Shown: in pieces, positions 1 through 8,888 of the stretch | How the letters are laid out: every line of letters begins with the position of its first letter | Position numbering within the stretch: the stretch's first letter is position 1 | Origin: a virus | IMG/VR virus record: IMGVR_UViG_3300021255_000027 | Coordinates: 3,239 to 67,238 of that record | Reading direction: 5' to 3' (one strand) | Length of the DNA: 64,000 bases | Made by a program: the position numbers and the translations under genes | Notes under the pieces: model-generated | What the model was told of the DNA's origin: nothing | Databases searched by the model: none | The model's input: only the letters and a program-made list of their open reading frames with translations

Positions 1-33
1 TATGCTGATGAGAGCAATCCAGCAATAGAAGCA

Positions 34-468
34 ATGGCTGACCTTGAAAGGACTTACTTTTGTAATCCAGATAAGCTCCCAAAGTGGCTTACAGATGACA
101 TTGCAAGGAAGGAGTTAAATGCACATACCAAAGGCTATAACAATGGCTACAAGGATGCCGAGAAGAAGATATTCAGCCATGGTGAAGGTACGTACTTCTA
201 TTCAAAAGACGGAGATGTAACATATATAAGTCCAATGCCAGTGTCTGCTCCTGCTATCCCAATAATGCTCACAACTCCTTCTGGATGGGGATGTGATGGT
301 ACACATTGCACTAATCCTCATGGTGATTGCATTAACTGCCCCAGAAGATTTTCATCTGGAGGAACAATCACAACACCCAATACAGCTTCTGGAACATCAA
401 TAGCAACTTTGCATGGTAACACTTCTGCTACTGATGGCAAAGAGCATAATCCGTCATTTACTGATTAA
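34..468 (+). CDS. hypothetical phage protein with Cys-rich motif (CxxxxCxxxxxxCxxC)
   Basis: ORF track; part of a tightly packed + strand run. Confidence 0.7.
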   Translation: MADLERTYFCNPDKLPKWLTDDIARKELNAHTKGYNNGYKDAEKKIFSHGEGTYFYSKDGDVTYISPMPVSAPAIPIMLTTPSGWGCDGTHCTNPHGDCINCPRRFSSGGTITTPNTASGTSIATLHGNTSATDGKEHNPSFTD

Positions 469-484
469 ATGAGAGGGGATAAAT

Positions 485-778
485 ATGACACTAACAGAAG
501 GTACATACAATATCGCAGACGATTGCAGAGCCAAATATAAAGATAGGACTCTCATAGTCTATAAAATGACAAAGAAACAGATTGAGCAATCAAAGGTTAA
601 AAGATGTCGTGACTGTGTGCATCAAAAAACTGGTAAACTCTGTATGCGTAATCAGTGGTGGGAATCCCCTTATTGTGAATTAAAGCCTAAGACAATCAGC
701 GGTGTATCAAACTTCTTTTACAATGCACCTGATAATCGCCCAGCATGTGAGAGTTTTAAAGAAAAAGCGAAGGAATAA
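485..778 (+). CDS. hypothetical Cys-rich (possible Zn-binding) protein
   Basis: CRDCVH...C...C...C pattern. Confidence 0.7.
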   Translation: MTLTEGTYNIADDCRAKYKDRTLIVYKMTKKQIEQSKVKRCRDCVHQKTGKLCMRNQWWESPYCELKPKTISGVSNFFYNAPDNRPACESFKEKAKE

Positions 779-924
779 TGAGCAAGTATAAGGTGACTAT
801 TAATGGAAGAGTAGTTGACGAAGGCTTATCATATAGGGAAGCCTGTGAGTTGGCAACTGAAATTGATAACGACCCCCGTTATTACTGGAAAGAAGTTGAT
901 ATTGAGCTAATGGAGGAGGAATAA
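778..924 (+). CDS. small hypothetical protein (48 aa, MSKYKVTINGR...)
   Basis: Translated by hand; TAATG coupling with upstream stop; fills the gap. Confidence 0.6.
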   Translation: MSKYKVTINGRVVDEGLSYREACELATEIDNDPRYYWKEVDIELMEEE

Positions 925-927
925 GAA

Positions 928-1266
928 ATGACACACGAAGAATGGAAAGCCTTTGAAAATACCCTTATCAATAGAGGATATAAGAAGTGGACTCGCTGCT
1001 GTTATGGTGAGGAGGACTTTGATGTGTCTTTTATGGCACGAGACGGAGAAAAAGACTTGTTCCAACTCATATTTCGTTTCTGGGACTTTGAACAATTCAA
1101 GGAAGGTGCTGGCTATTCAGTTGACTTTGTTGTTATGCCTTGTATTGATGGAAGGATGGATGTCATTTGTTCTGCTATGACAAATGATCTTGACAATAAT
1201 ATAGAGTTTGCTGAGAAGTTCGCCAAGGATTACTATAAGTTCGTAATAAAACATATAGAGAAATGA
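928..1266 (+). CDS. hypothetical protein
   Basis: ORF track; ATGA overlap with next gene. Confidence 0.75.
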   Translation: MTHEEWKAFENTLINRGYKKWTRCCYGEEDFDVSFMARDGEKDLFQLIFRFWDFEQFKEGAGYSVDFVVMPCIDGRMDVICSAMTNDLDNNIEFAEKFAKDYYKFVIKHIEK

Positions 1267-1649
1267 AATTCGGAGAATTTAAGGAACTTGGATTTCCAAC
1301 TTCTATGAAGATGGAAGATGTCCTTGCTCATGCCTTATTCGCCAAGCAGATAGATATATCTGAAGTGTTGGTGGCATATACCAAAGCACTTGAAGCAGAG
1401 AGGCATAAGCTCACAAGTCAGTTTGAGGAAGCATGTATCTGTATGAACATGTATCTATCAAAGCATTGGAATAAGAAGGCAGATAAAGAGAAGCTTAATA
1501 AGAGGATAATTCATATTTACAATAAGACTACTACACTTCCTCGCCATATCTATGACACAGAATACGGCTATACCAATGCTGATGATACAGAGCAAGAGCA
1601 GTTTTACAATGACCATTACTATGGCCCATTAAATAGGTTTGGACTATGA
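1263..1649 (+). CDS. hypothetical protein
   Basis: ORF track; ATGA overlaps on both sides. Confidence 0.75.
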   Translation: MKFGEFKELGFPTSMKMEDVLAHALFAKQIDISEVLVAYTKALEAERHKLTSQFEEACICMNMYLSKHWNKKADKEKLNKRIIHIYNKTTTLPRHIYDTEYGYTNADDTEQEQFYNDHYYGPLNRFGL

Positions 1650-1888
1650 CAAGAGCGGAAGAATTGGCCTTGAAAGCCTATCCAATATCCACTTCGTACT
1701 TATCAGAGAGCAATGGTGATGGCGATAGGAATTATCCTCGTAGGTTGGCTTTTATTGAAGGATATGAACAAGCGAAGAAAGACACTATGGAGATGGCTAT
1801 AAATTGGCTTCAAAATAGATTAAACGAGCAAGGTTTTCTTGACTATGATGATATTTTTGATTTAAGAAGTTTAATTGTGGAATTATGA
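1646..1888 (+). CDS. hypothetical protein, AExxALxAYP...FxEGYxQA family
   Basis: N-terminal module shared with next two ORFs. Confidence 0.75.
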   Translation: MTRAEELALKAYPISTSYLSESNGDGDRNYPRRLAFIEGYEQAKKDTMEMAINWLQNRLNEQGFLDYDDIFDLRSLIVEL

Positions 1889-2214
1889 GCAAGAAAGCAG
1901 AAGAAGCCGCATTGAAGGCTTATCCATATCAAAGAGCAACACATTTCCCTGATGGCTTTCAAGAATTTGACAGGAACGCAGTTGCAAGAACACTTTTTCA
2001 AGAAGGCTACTCGCAAGCAGAGAAAGACCTTGGCTGGATCTCAGTTAAGGACAGGCTGCCAGAAGTAGGTCACTTTGTACTTACTTGCGTGGATGATTCT
2101 GGGACTCCCCAAAGTGTAGGAATGGCATTATTGCTAAAGGATGGAACGTGGTGGGATGGTGATATGAAAGTGTGTGTTGACTACTGGATGGAAGTACCAA
2201 AATTAAAGAAGTAA
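1885..2214 (+). CDS. DUF551-like protein
   Basis: WISVKDRLPE...VDYWMEVP signature. Confidence 0.8.
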   Translation: MSKKAEEAALKAYPYQRATHFPDGFQEFDRNAVARTLFQEGYSQAEKDLGWISVKDRLPEVGHFVLTCVDDSGTPQSVGMALLLKDGTWWDGDMKVCVDYWMEVPKLKK

Positions 2215-2217
2215 GAA

Positions 2218-2637
2218 ATGAGCAAGAGAGCAGAGCAACGAGCATTGGAGGCTTATCCGACACAAGATATGTATTCTTCGTACATTGACGGAAGTAATAG
2301 GCTTAAACGAGAAGTGTTTATTAAGGGCTACGAACAAGCATGGAAAGACATCAAGGAATGGATGGAAGAACACCTTGAATTTAGAGGGAACTGGCCAGAA
2401 AACTCCATTGAAAAGCAGAATATAATCAATGGAATGAAACACATCATTCTAAAGTTCCATGAACTCTGTAAAGAAGAAAAATCAGAAAAACCGATTAATC
2501 TCACTTGGCAGGACATCAAGAAGATAGTCAACATTGCGGACGCAATGCTTGATGATCCGAAGATGAGGATAGCTGTACAGAACCATAGCGAGGAAGAATA
2601 CTATCAAAAGGTATTGAAGGCATTTTTATCTGTGTGA
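2218..2637 (+). CDS. hypothetical protein, AExxALxAYP family
   Basis: Shared N-terminal module; LTWQDIKKIVNIAD C-terminal block. Confidence 0.75.
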   Translation: MSKRAEQRALEAYPTQDMYSSYIDGSNRLKREVFIKGYEQAWKDIKEWMEEHLEFRGNWPENSIEKQNIINGMKHIILKFHELCKEEKSEKPINLTWQDIKKIVNIADAMLDDPKMRIAVQNHSEEEYYQKVLKAFLSV

Positions 2638-3029
2638 TGTTATTATCAGAAGCCATAACAATCCTGGAACAATACCATCCGCATGAGGTGAAAGTGAGGA
2701 AGGCAATAGAAGCTGTCCTATCCCTATTGTCAGGAGAAGACCCGGCCCCATCATGCGAAGAGAGGTTCGGATACTATAATGCTTTGATCGAGAAGATATA
2801 TGGAGTAACACCCTTTGCCAGCAGGAGCAGGGATGTACGGATGGTCGCATGGAGAAGAGTAGTCTTCCTTAAACTAAGGCAGGAAGGCTATTCTCTCCAC
2901 GAAATAGAGCGGGTATCAGGTTATGACCATTCAACTATCCTGGAAGCATGCAAAAGTCTGTCGGAGTACATCGGAATTGGTGATGCTACTACTGTCCGAA
3001 TCTGGAAGGACTTTCTAAAGATAATCTAA
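2634..3029 (+). CDS. HTH protein resembling the DnaA C-terminal DNA-binding domain
   Basis: SRSRDVRMVAWR...GYSLHEIERVSGYDHSTIL resembles DnaA domain IV (RDHTTV). Confidence 0.65.
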   Translation: MMLLSEAITILEQYHPHEVKVRKAIEAVLSLLSGEDPAPSCEERFGYYNALIEKIYGVTPFASRSRDVRMVAWRRVVFLKLRQEGYSLHEIERVSGYDHSTILEACKSLSEYIGIGDATTVRIWKDFLKII

Positions 3030-3436
3030 AAAGGCTCCTTCCTGCAACGGTCACAGCCTAGTTCACAAATCACATCGGCCAACTCCCTCGCAGAATCCCC
3101 AGAGAGGTATGCCGGAGTCTCACCCTCAAGATCTACCCCAAGACTCTTGGCAATCGCAACAGCCAAGTGATGGATCTCATGGACAAGACTGTCTTGGAAC
3201 TCCTTCCCCGAAGTGGTAGGGCCGATGACTACCAAGGCTTTCTTCATCTCTCCATTTGAAAACGTGAACCCCTCATTCGGCTTTGATTTCTGCATCTTCC
3301 TCGCAGCTTTGACCAAAGTGTAGTCAGGGGCATCAAGATCATACATGATGTCCAAAATTGGATTGACATCATAACCATCCGTGGCAAAGATAAAGTACAC
3401 ATGCCAACGGCCTATGTTAAGCTCCCGATAAACCAT
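3026..3436 (-). CDS. putative zincin-like metallopeptidase
   Basis: LVHEIHHLA (HExxH) with downstream ETPAYL. Confidence 0.6.
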   Translation of the reverse strand: MVYRELNIGRWHVYFIFATDGYDVNPILDIMYDLDAPDYTLVKAARKMQKSKPNEGFTFSNGEMKKALVVIGPTTSGKEFQDSLVHEIHHLAVAIAKSLGVDLEGETPAYLSGDSARELADVICELGCDRCRKEPF

Positions 3437-3440
3437 CTCT

Positions 3441-3842
3441 TTACATCATCTCATCCCAGAAGATAGGGATTCCTTTTGCAACACAGTTGATGTAGAATTC
3501 ATCAAAGGCCCTGGTGGGAGAACCATCCTCGTCATCAAGGTAGTCCATCACAAACAAGGCAAGATGCCGTTCATCAGTAATAGAACTGCCATAGTAATCT
3601 GCTATCGCCATGTTCATTACATAGGCAGCATTATGCCCCTTGTTATTCTTTAGTTCTATCCCGTATGTCTTCAATACCTCCTCTGTCCTCTTCTTGTCCC
3701 AGGGGGATATCTTCTGCCCATTCCTGTCCTCCATCATCCCCACAGCAAACTCAAAGAGTTTCCGATTGAAGTTGAAACCATAATCTTCCAGATACTCCTC
3801 CATGGATGAGGGGAATTTCGCTCTGCTATCTCTTCTTTCCAT
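3441..3842 (-). CDS. conserved hypothetical phage protein
   Basis: ORF track; operon context. Confidence 0.75.
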   Translation of the reverse strand: MERRDSRAKFPSSMEEYLEDYGFNFNRKLFEFAVGMMEDRNGQKISPWDKKRTEEVLKTYGIELKNNKGHNAAYVMNMAIADYYGSSITDERHLALFVMDYLDDEDGSPTRAFDEFYINCVAKGIPIFWDEMM

Positions 3843-3860
3843 TGCAATTGATTGTTAAAA

Positions 3861-3883
3861 GGGGAGAGTGATATTCTCTCCCC
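3861..3883 (-). terminator. intrinsic terminator
   Basis: GGGGAGAG/CTCTCCCC stem followed by TTTT on the - strand. Confidence 0.7.
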
Positions 3884-3889
3884 GGATGA

Positions 3890-4117
3890 TTACATGTAGC
3901 GTCCCCTACTGTCACGGTAACGCCTCTCGTCCATGTCATCCCAGTCACGGCTGGAATAACCACCTCTCATGCGATAGCTACCTCGCTCACTGTACTGCTC
4001 TTCCATCTCGTCAGAGAGTTCGCAGATCTCCTCAATAGCAGACTTCGCCATCTTGAGGGCCTTCTTGAAGCGGGTCTCTTCTTCTCCGCCTCTTTCCTTG
4101 ATATGAATCAGTCCCAT
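3890..4117 (-). CDS. small charged protein ending RRYRDSRGRYM
   Basis: ORF track; operon context. Confidence 0.75.
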   Translation of the reverse strand: MGLIHIKERGGEEETRFKKALKMAKSAIEEICELSDEMEEQYSERGSYRMRGGYSSRDWDDMDERRYRDSRGRYM

Positions 4118-4119
4118 GT

Positions 4120-4611
4120 CTATTCTTGTGTTTTAGCATGTTCCGAGGATGCAAGGAGCAACTTCTTCAATTCCGCTAACTCGCTCCGCAATCCTGCGAT
4201 CTCTTGAATCTGCTGGGCCTCGATCTTCTTTTCGGGACTCAACTCTATGAGAAGAGCCTCGCAGTCCTTGACCATCTTCTGATGGGCCGGGACAGACTCA
4301 AGAACCTGCTTGCTTGCAGTAGCCATCGCCTCTATCTCACGAAGGACGGCTGACTTATCCGTGGCGATGAAGAATCCCTTCTCTGGGAAGTTGGCTACAA
4401 CCCCGTTAGCCGGCAATCCGGCAAATGGAATTGTCTCGTTTCCAACTTGAACGGTGATGTCCGTAACTGGGCCATTCATCATGGCCAACGGCTGCTGGGG
4501 ATTATAAGTGGGCATGTGTGTGTTGACAGATATAACCCTTCCGTCCACAACACGTGGAATGTTTCGATACAGAACTGAAATAGCTGCACCTTGCGTCAAG
4601 CTCTGGAACAT
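4120..4611 (-). CDS. hypothetical protein with C-terminal coiled coil
   Basis: ORF track; operon context. Confidence 0.75.
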   Translation of the reverse strand: MFQSLTQGAAISVLYRNIPRVVDGRVISVNTHMPTYNPQQPLAMMNGPVTDITVQVGNETIPFAGLPANGVVANFPEKGFFIATDKSAVLREIEAMATASKQVLESVPAHQKMVKDCEALLIELSPEKKIEAQQIQEIAGLRSELAELKKLLLASSEHAKTQE

Positions 4612-4640
4612 ATTGTTAATGATTTAAGTGATACTTTTGA

Positions 4641-4982
4641 TTATGCCGTAGGAGCCAGAGGGGAGACGAGTTGGACTATTCCATTGTACCAGTCGTAGAA
4701 AATGGTGATGATACCAGTCCCCATCAGATCCGCTGCGGTCACGTAAGTCCCACCGAAGAAGGTGAGGTTTCGGGTGCTTCCGTTCAGCGTGAACCTGACT
4801 GGCAGAGTTCCCGTTGTTCCATCCGGGATTGCATCCGCAATGTTGACGGTGAAGTAACCCACGGCCGGAATCCTGCGGAAACCAAGCGAAAAGTCCACTG
4901 CATCCGTTCCCACGGTCACGCCATTTGTCCTGAAGTAGGACATACCATTGGCGTTGGTAGTAATATTGAAACAACCGAACAT
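4641..4982 (-). CDS. small beta-rich hypothetical protein
   Basis: ORF track; operon context. Confidence 0.7.
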   Translation of the reverse strand: MFGCFNITTNANGMSYFRTNGVTVGTDAVDFSLGFRRIPAVGYFTVNIADAIPDGTTGTLPVRFTLNGSTRNLTFFGGTYVTAADLMGTGIITIFYDWYNGIVQLVSPLAPTA

Positions 4983-4994
4983 GGCAATGGCGAT

Positions 4995-5933
4995 TTAGAA
5001 GGTGATTCCATTACCCCAACCGAAGCCAGGGACACCGCCACCATAGTAGCCGTTGAAGCCACCCTGGTAGAAGCCTCCGCTCACATAAGGAGTGGTATTG
5101 ACGGCTGCGAGGTTTGGCCAAGTCACAGGGACGGTCTGAGGCATCTTACACTTGATGTCATCAACTTCCTTGGCGATAGGGCTTACGAGGCTATTGATGT
5201 AGCCCGTGATTGCTGCGGTTTGATTTGCGTTGTCGATCTGGGAACGGAGAGTGGAGTTGGAGGCCAGAAGGCCATCAATTTTCTCCTGCATGTCACGCTC
5301 CTTGGCAGCGCAGAACTCCTGAACCATAGTGGTCTTGAGGTCTGCAATCGCATCAACGGTACGCTGGCCGCTTCCAGTGATAGCGGTGCCAAGGGTGTTG
5401 GTCTGCTCCATGGTGCGAAGCTGATTCTGATAACCCTGCTCAACTGTAAGCTGCCTCTGGTCACAGCAGCACTTACAGAGCTGGCTTGCGAGGTCAGCAT
5501 TTCCACTCTGGATTGAATTGATGATTTGAGGGACAGAGACCGCCTGCTGAAGTGCAAGGGTAGAAAGGCTTGTCTGGAGAGTCTGGATTGCTCCGTTGAC
5601 AAGGTTGAAGTCCTGTCCAAGCATGGTGGCAAGATTCTGGGTTGCAGCCCTGCCCGCCTCACCCTGCGAGGTGATGGCGTTCATGAGCAGTTCCCTGCCA
5701 CTGTCGTTGTTGATCTGGTTGGAAAGGAAACCGGCTCCTGCGCCACCTCCGAATCCGTTGCCGAAGCCACCGAAGCCGCCCCAGCCATTTCCGAAGAGGA
5801 GACCAAGGAAGAAACCGAGGATGCCACCTCCCCAGCCGTTGTTCCCGAACAGACCGCCATTGTTCATGGCCATCCATGCGGGTACTGTGCTAGCCTGATT
5901 TTCAGGCGTGTACACAACTGTTTCTGATGCCAT
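4995..5933 (-). CDS. Gly/Trp/Phe-rich membrane-anchored coiled-coil protein with CKCCC motif
   Basis: GWGGGILGFFLGLLFGNGWGGFGG hydrophobic segment; LCKCCCD; A/T-rich leader. Confidence 0.8.
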   Translation of the reverse strand: MASETVVYTPENQASTVPAWMAMNNGGLFGNNGWGGGILGFFLGLLFGNGWGGFGGFGNGFGGGAGAGFLSNQINNDSGRELLMNAITSQGEAGRAATQNLATMLGQDFNLVNGAIQTLQTSLSTLALQQAVSVPQIINSIQSGNADLASQLCKCCCDQRQLTVEQGYQNQLRTMEQTNTLGTAITGSGQRTVDAIADLKTTMVQEFCAAKERDMQEKIDGLLASNSTLRSQIDNANQTAAITGYINSLVSPIAKEVDDIKCKMPQTVPVTWPNLAAVNTTPYVSGGFYQGGFNGYYGGGVPGFGWGNGITF

Positions 5934-6032
5934 AAGAAATAGAATTAAAAATTAAACTTTGTACCTGTAACACATTGGTTACCAAGTACAAAGTTCAGTT
6001 AATCCTACCCCGTATGGAATTAGGCTACCACT

Positions 6033-6326
6033 CTATTCGGAGTGCCTCTTCTTCAATAGTTTAGGGGATACATTTTTGATGAAGGGAAGGAATCTATAAT
6101 AGACTCTCCGCTTGGGTTTGTCCAGAACCCTCCTGCTGATAATGGTTCGGACATGGTTCTGTGGGATCTCGCAGAACTTCGAGAAGTCCTCCACAGTACC
6201 GATGACGTTGAGATTCTTCTGAAGCATTTCCGATACCGACTCGATCTCCTCCATGGTACAGAGATCATTATTGATCTTGTACTTGTAGTAATCAAGAGTC
6301 TGGTTAATCAATTCCTTAGCGTCCAC
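6033..6326 (-). CDS. small putative DNA-binding protein
   Basis: Likely GTG start overlapping the upstream gene; HTH-like VEDFSKFCEIPQNHVRTIISRR. Confidence 0.55.
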   Translation of the reverse strand: MDAKELINQTLDYYKYKINNDLCTMEEIESVSEMLQKNLNVIGTVEDFSKFCEIPQNHVRTIISRRVLDKPKRRVYYRFLPFIKNVSPKLLKKRHSE

Positions 6327-6723
6327 GACTGAAGAAATGCTTATGGGCCATAACGAGGAACGACAATACTGCAACCAGCAGAACAACGTAAATGGCTATG
6401 AGTTCGTATTGGGAGAATTGCAGTATGTAAGAGTCTACGAATGACTCAATGTTCGATGAAGTGGGGATCAGACATGCTGCTTTGTGCCATTTGCAAAGCC
6501 TGAATAATCTGGATGCGACTAGAAGGAATCCAGTAGTGATTGGGGAGACAAGGCAAACAGAATCTATCCAGTTCACAAATGGCTCAAAGGAGCATATATT
6601 CACGATGATGTATGCGGCATAGACCAGAAGATAGACAAATGGGAACATCTGTACTATCCTCGTAGCCTTGCGCAGTACAAAGACAAGATTACTTAGTGCG
6701 CCTCTTGGGTCTTGGCTGTCCAT
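6316..6723 (-). CDS. membrane protein (3-4 TM)
   Basis: Several hydrophobic segments. Confidence 0.7.
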   Translation of the reverse strand: MDSQDPRGALSNLVFVLRKATRIVQMFPFVYLLVYAAYIIVNICSFEPFVNWIDSVCLVSPITTGFLLVASRLFRLCKWHKAACLIPTSSNIESFVDSYILQFSQYELIAIYVVLLVAVLSFLVMAHKHFFSRGR

Positions 6724-6841
6724 TTGACAAGGTCTTTACATGAGGGCCAATCTGCGCCCTCATTACACGGGTGGGGGAAGGGCGGCTCACTCCGGAACGT
6801 CCTCCCGACCTGGGTCTCTTTGAAGTTGATCTGTTATTCAT
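6689..6841 (-). CDS. small basic R/K/S/P-rich peptide (50 aa)
   Basis: Hand translation MNNRSTSKRPRSGGRSGVSRPSPTRVMRAQIGPHVKTLSNGQPRPKRRTK; start coupled to the upstream stop. Confidence 0.5.
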   Translation of the reverse strand: MNNRSTSKRPRSGGRSGVSRPSPTRVMRAQIGPHVKTLSNGQPRPKRRTK

Positions 6842-7323
6842 TAGAATCTATAGGTTATACCACCAGTAACTCCTCCGCCTCCATAGACTTTGCCGGATGG
6901 AGTGACAAGGAGTGACGGCCCGATAGCCACCCCAAAACTCCATTTCTTCGGAGGAGTCGTAACCGTATTGGTGATTGTTATCTCGGTTGTCTTGTTGTAA
7001 ATAAGAAGGGAATCCAGGCTCGGATGCCAGCCAGAAAGTACAGCTCGATACACGCTATCTTCCTCATAGACTTTCCTCTCAATAGGCACATTCACCAGGA
7101 CGGTGTCGTGTTCGATTGTAGTGAAGTAAGTGCGGATGGTATCGTGTATGTAAGAATGGACAAAAACGGGCTTCTCACGCACGATTGTATCAGTGACCAC
7201 ACAAGTGTCCACCTTCGTGATAACTTGCGTTTCTGGGGGCTTTCTGAACACCTTGTGGCCAAGTATCAATCCGACTGCAAAGCCGGATGCGATAATCAGA
7301 ATGTCTTTGATCAACGACCTCAT
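6841..7323 (-). CDS. putative spanin-like lysis protein
   Basis: N-terminal TM, DT-rich region, C-terminal beta strands ending YRF; follows the endolysin. Confidence 0.6.
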   Translation of the reverse strand: MRSLIKDILIIASGFAVGLILGHKVFRKPPETQVITKVDTCVVTDTIVREKPVFVHSYIHDTIRTYFTTIEHDTVLVNVPIERKVYEEDSVYRAVLSGWHPSLDSLLIYNKTTEITITNTVTTPPKKWSFGVAIGPSLLVTPSGKVYGGGGVTGGITYRF

Positions 7324-7796
7324 TGGATAGTTATACTTAAAGCCTCACCTCGGTCATCCGCTTCCTTGAGAATTGCATACACCTTGTTGAAACACATCGT
7401 GGATTTAGTCACCATGCCCTTCCTGTCGTTCATCCCCGTAAGAATGCACCCACTACTGTCAGGGTTGGCGTAGTTCCCCACATGTATAAGGACAGCCTCA
7501 AAGCCAGGCACTCCCAACAACCTTGGAAGATAACCATTGTAAGGCTTTGCCCATGAACGGTTCTTGTACTTCGGAGACTGAACCATTAAAGTAATGGCGT
7601 AAGTGCCACGAGGTATCGCAGTCTCATTGGGTATCTTATACTTCTTGATTTGTGCCAGCGACCAGGTTTTCTTCAACCCTCTGTCTACATCTTCCATGGT
7701 GTCACAGATATACACCATCTGGCCATTCTTCTCATAGTAGAGATGGCCAACGGTGTATTCCTTGCCCTTGAAGAATCTATCGAGCAGCAGCTTCAT
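7320..7796 (-). CDS. DUF5675-family putative endolysin
   Basis: YTVGHLY, TAIPRGTY, LIHVGN...SSGCILTG motifs. Confidence 0.8.
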   Translation of the reverse strand: MKLLLDRFFKGKEYTVGHLYYEKNGQMVYICDTMEDVDRGLKKTWSLAQIKKYKIPNETAIPRGTYAITLMVQSPKYKNRSWAKPYNGYLPRLLGVPGFEAVLIHVGNYANPDSSGCILTGMNDRKGMVTKSTMCFNKVYAILKEADDRGEALSITIQ

Positions 7797-8170
7797 TTCT
7801 TACTCCTCTTCTCGTCCCTGATCTGTTTGCTCGCCTTGATGCCGAGAGCCTTTGTGATGGTCGTTATCTGCATCTGGAGATCTGATATCTGCTTCTGATA
7901 AGCAAGCTCCATCTGCCGTTTCTCATCCCTTAAGGTCTTCACCTCGGTCTCAAGTTCGGCTATCCTGGCATTCTGGGCAGCAATCCTCTCGTCCTGATGC
8001 TGCAACAGAGGCTTGTAGAAGTCCTCCATTGCCTTGCGCATGTTGTCAATTTCATCGGACTTGACCTCTGCCGTTGCCTTCCGTTTACCGATTCGCCAGT
8101 TAATGATCTGAGTGAGGCCACCTGCTCCGAGAGCGGCAGCCACATAGCCAATTGCCTCCCCCCAATCCAT
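7793..8170 (-). CDS. putative holin-like protein (TM plus coiled coil)
   Basis: N-terminal hydrophobic helix; directly upstream of the endolysin. Confidence 0.55.
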   Translation of the reverse strand: MDWGEAIGYVAAALGAGGLTQIINWRIGKRKATAEVKSDEIDNMRKAMEDFYKPLLQHQDERIAAQNARIAELETEVKTLRDEKRQMELAYQKQISDLQMQITTITKALGIKASKQIRDEKRSKK

Positions 8171-8173
8171 CTC

Positions 8174-8371
8174 TTAGTCCTCCAACTCTTTATCCAGATA
8201 TCCTTTCTTGAAAAGGATAACTGCCGCAGCAATGGCTGCTCCAGACGTAGGCAAGGAAGCCCACCACCAATCGAATGATACCTTGGCCGTGACAAGGGCC
8301 AGGAAGAAGATTATTACTGCCGAGAACAACGACAGCAACCTCTTGAGATTTTTCTTGTTGTAGTCTAACAT
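8174..8371 (-). CDS. small 2-TM membrane protein
   Basis: MLDYNKK start; two hydrophobic helices. Confidence 0.6.
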   Translation of the reverse strand: MLDYNKKNLKRLLSLFSAVIIFFLALVTAKVSFDWWWASLPTSGAAIAAAVILFKKGYLDKELED

Positions 8372-8382
8372 GGTATTATTAA

Positions 8383-8661
8383 TTAAACGATTACTCCAGT
8401 AATAAACAGTATGATGAAAATAACTGCTGCCATTACAATTGTTCCGAAGACAGATGCACCGAAGGTCTCCACACTCGGTCTTCTCTGCGCCTTCCATGCC
8501 GTGTAGATCTCGTAGGGGATTCCAAGGAAGAGCGAGATGAGAGTTCCGTAGATGATGTTGTAGTCGGGCATCTTCGGATGCCTATTGACAAGGAAGCACA
8601 AGCCGATCATTATGGCGCAGACCAGGGCAAACATGCTAACCCTTTTGAAAAACTCTTTCAT
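8383..8661 (-). CDS. small 3-TM membrane protein
   Basis: Hydrophobic segments. Confidence 0.65.
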   Translation of the reverse strand: MKEFFKRVSMFALVCAIMIGLCFLVNRHPKMPDYNIIYGTLISLFLGIPYEIYTAWKAQRRPSVETFGASVFGTIVMAAVIFIILFITGVIV

Positions 8662-8888
8662 ATCATTACTTTAATTATGGTTATTATCAGTACTGCGACC
8701 ACCACTCCCGTTAGATCCGCTACAATGTCCCACCAAGAGAAGAGACCGTAGTCCTTATAGTCGTATAGCTCCTTGCCCACTCCAGAAGCTATGGCAGTGC
8801 CTATGCTCCACCACCCGATGAGAGGGTAGAGCAATAGGCAGATGCCGAGGCAGACCGCAAAGTGGAGGAGCTTGTCGTAAGGAATCAT
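8658..8888 (-). CDS. small membrane protein with DKLLHF motif (VanZ/YfiM-like)
   Basis: DKLLHF...GKELYD...DIVADLTG. Confidence 0.65.
   Translation of the reverse strand: MIPYDKLLHFAVCLGICLLLYPLIGWWSIGTAIASGVGKELYDYKDYGLFSWWDIVADLTGVVVAVLIITIIKVMI

Noticed and set aside
4671-5927. Long + strand ORFs (281 aa, 133 aa) opposite the unknown operon
   Set aside because: Shadow frames; the - strand genes tile the region as an operon
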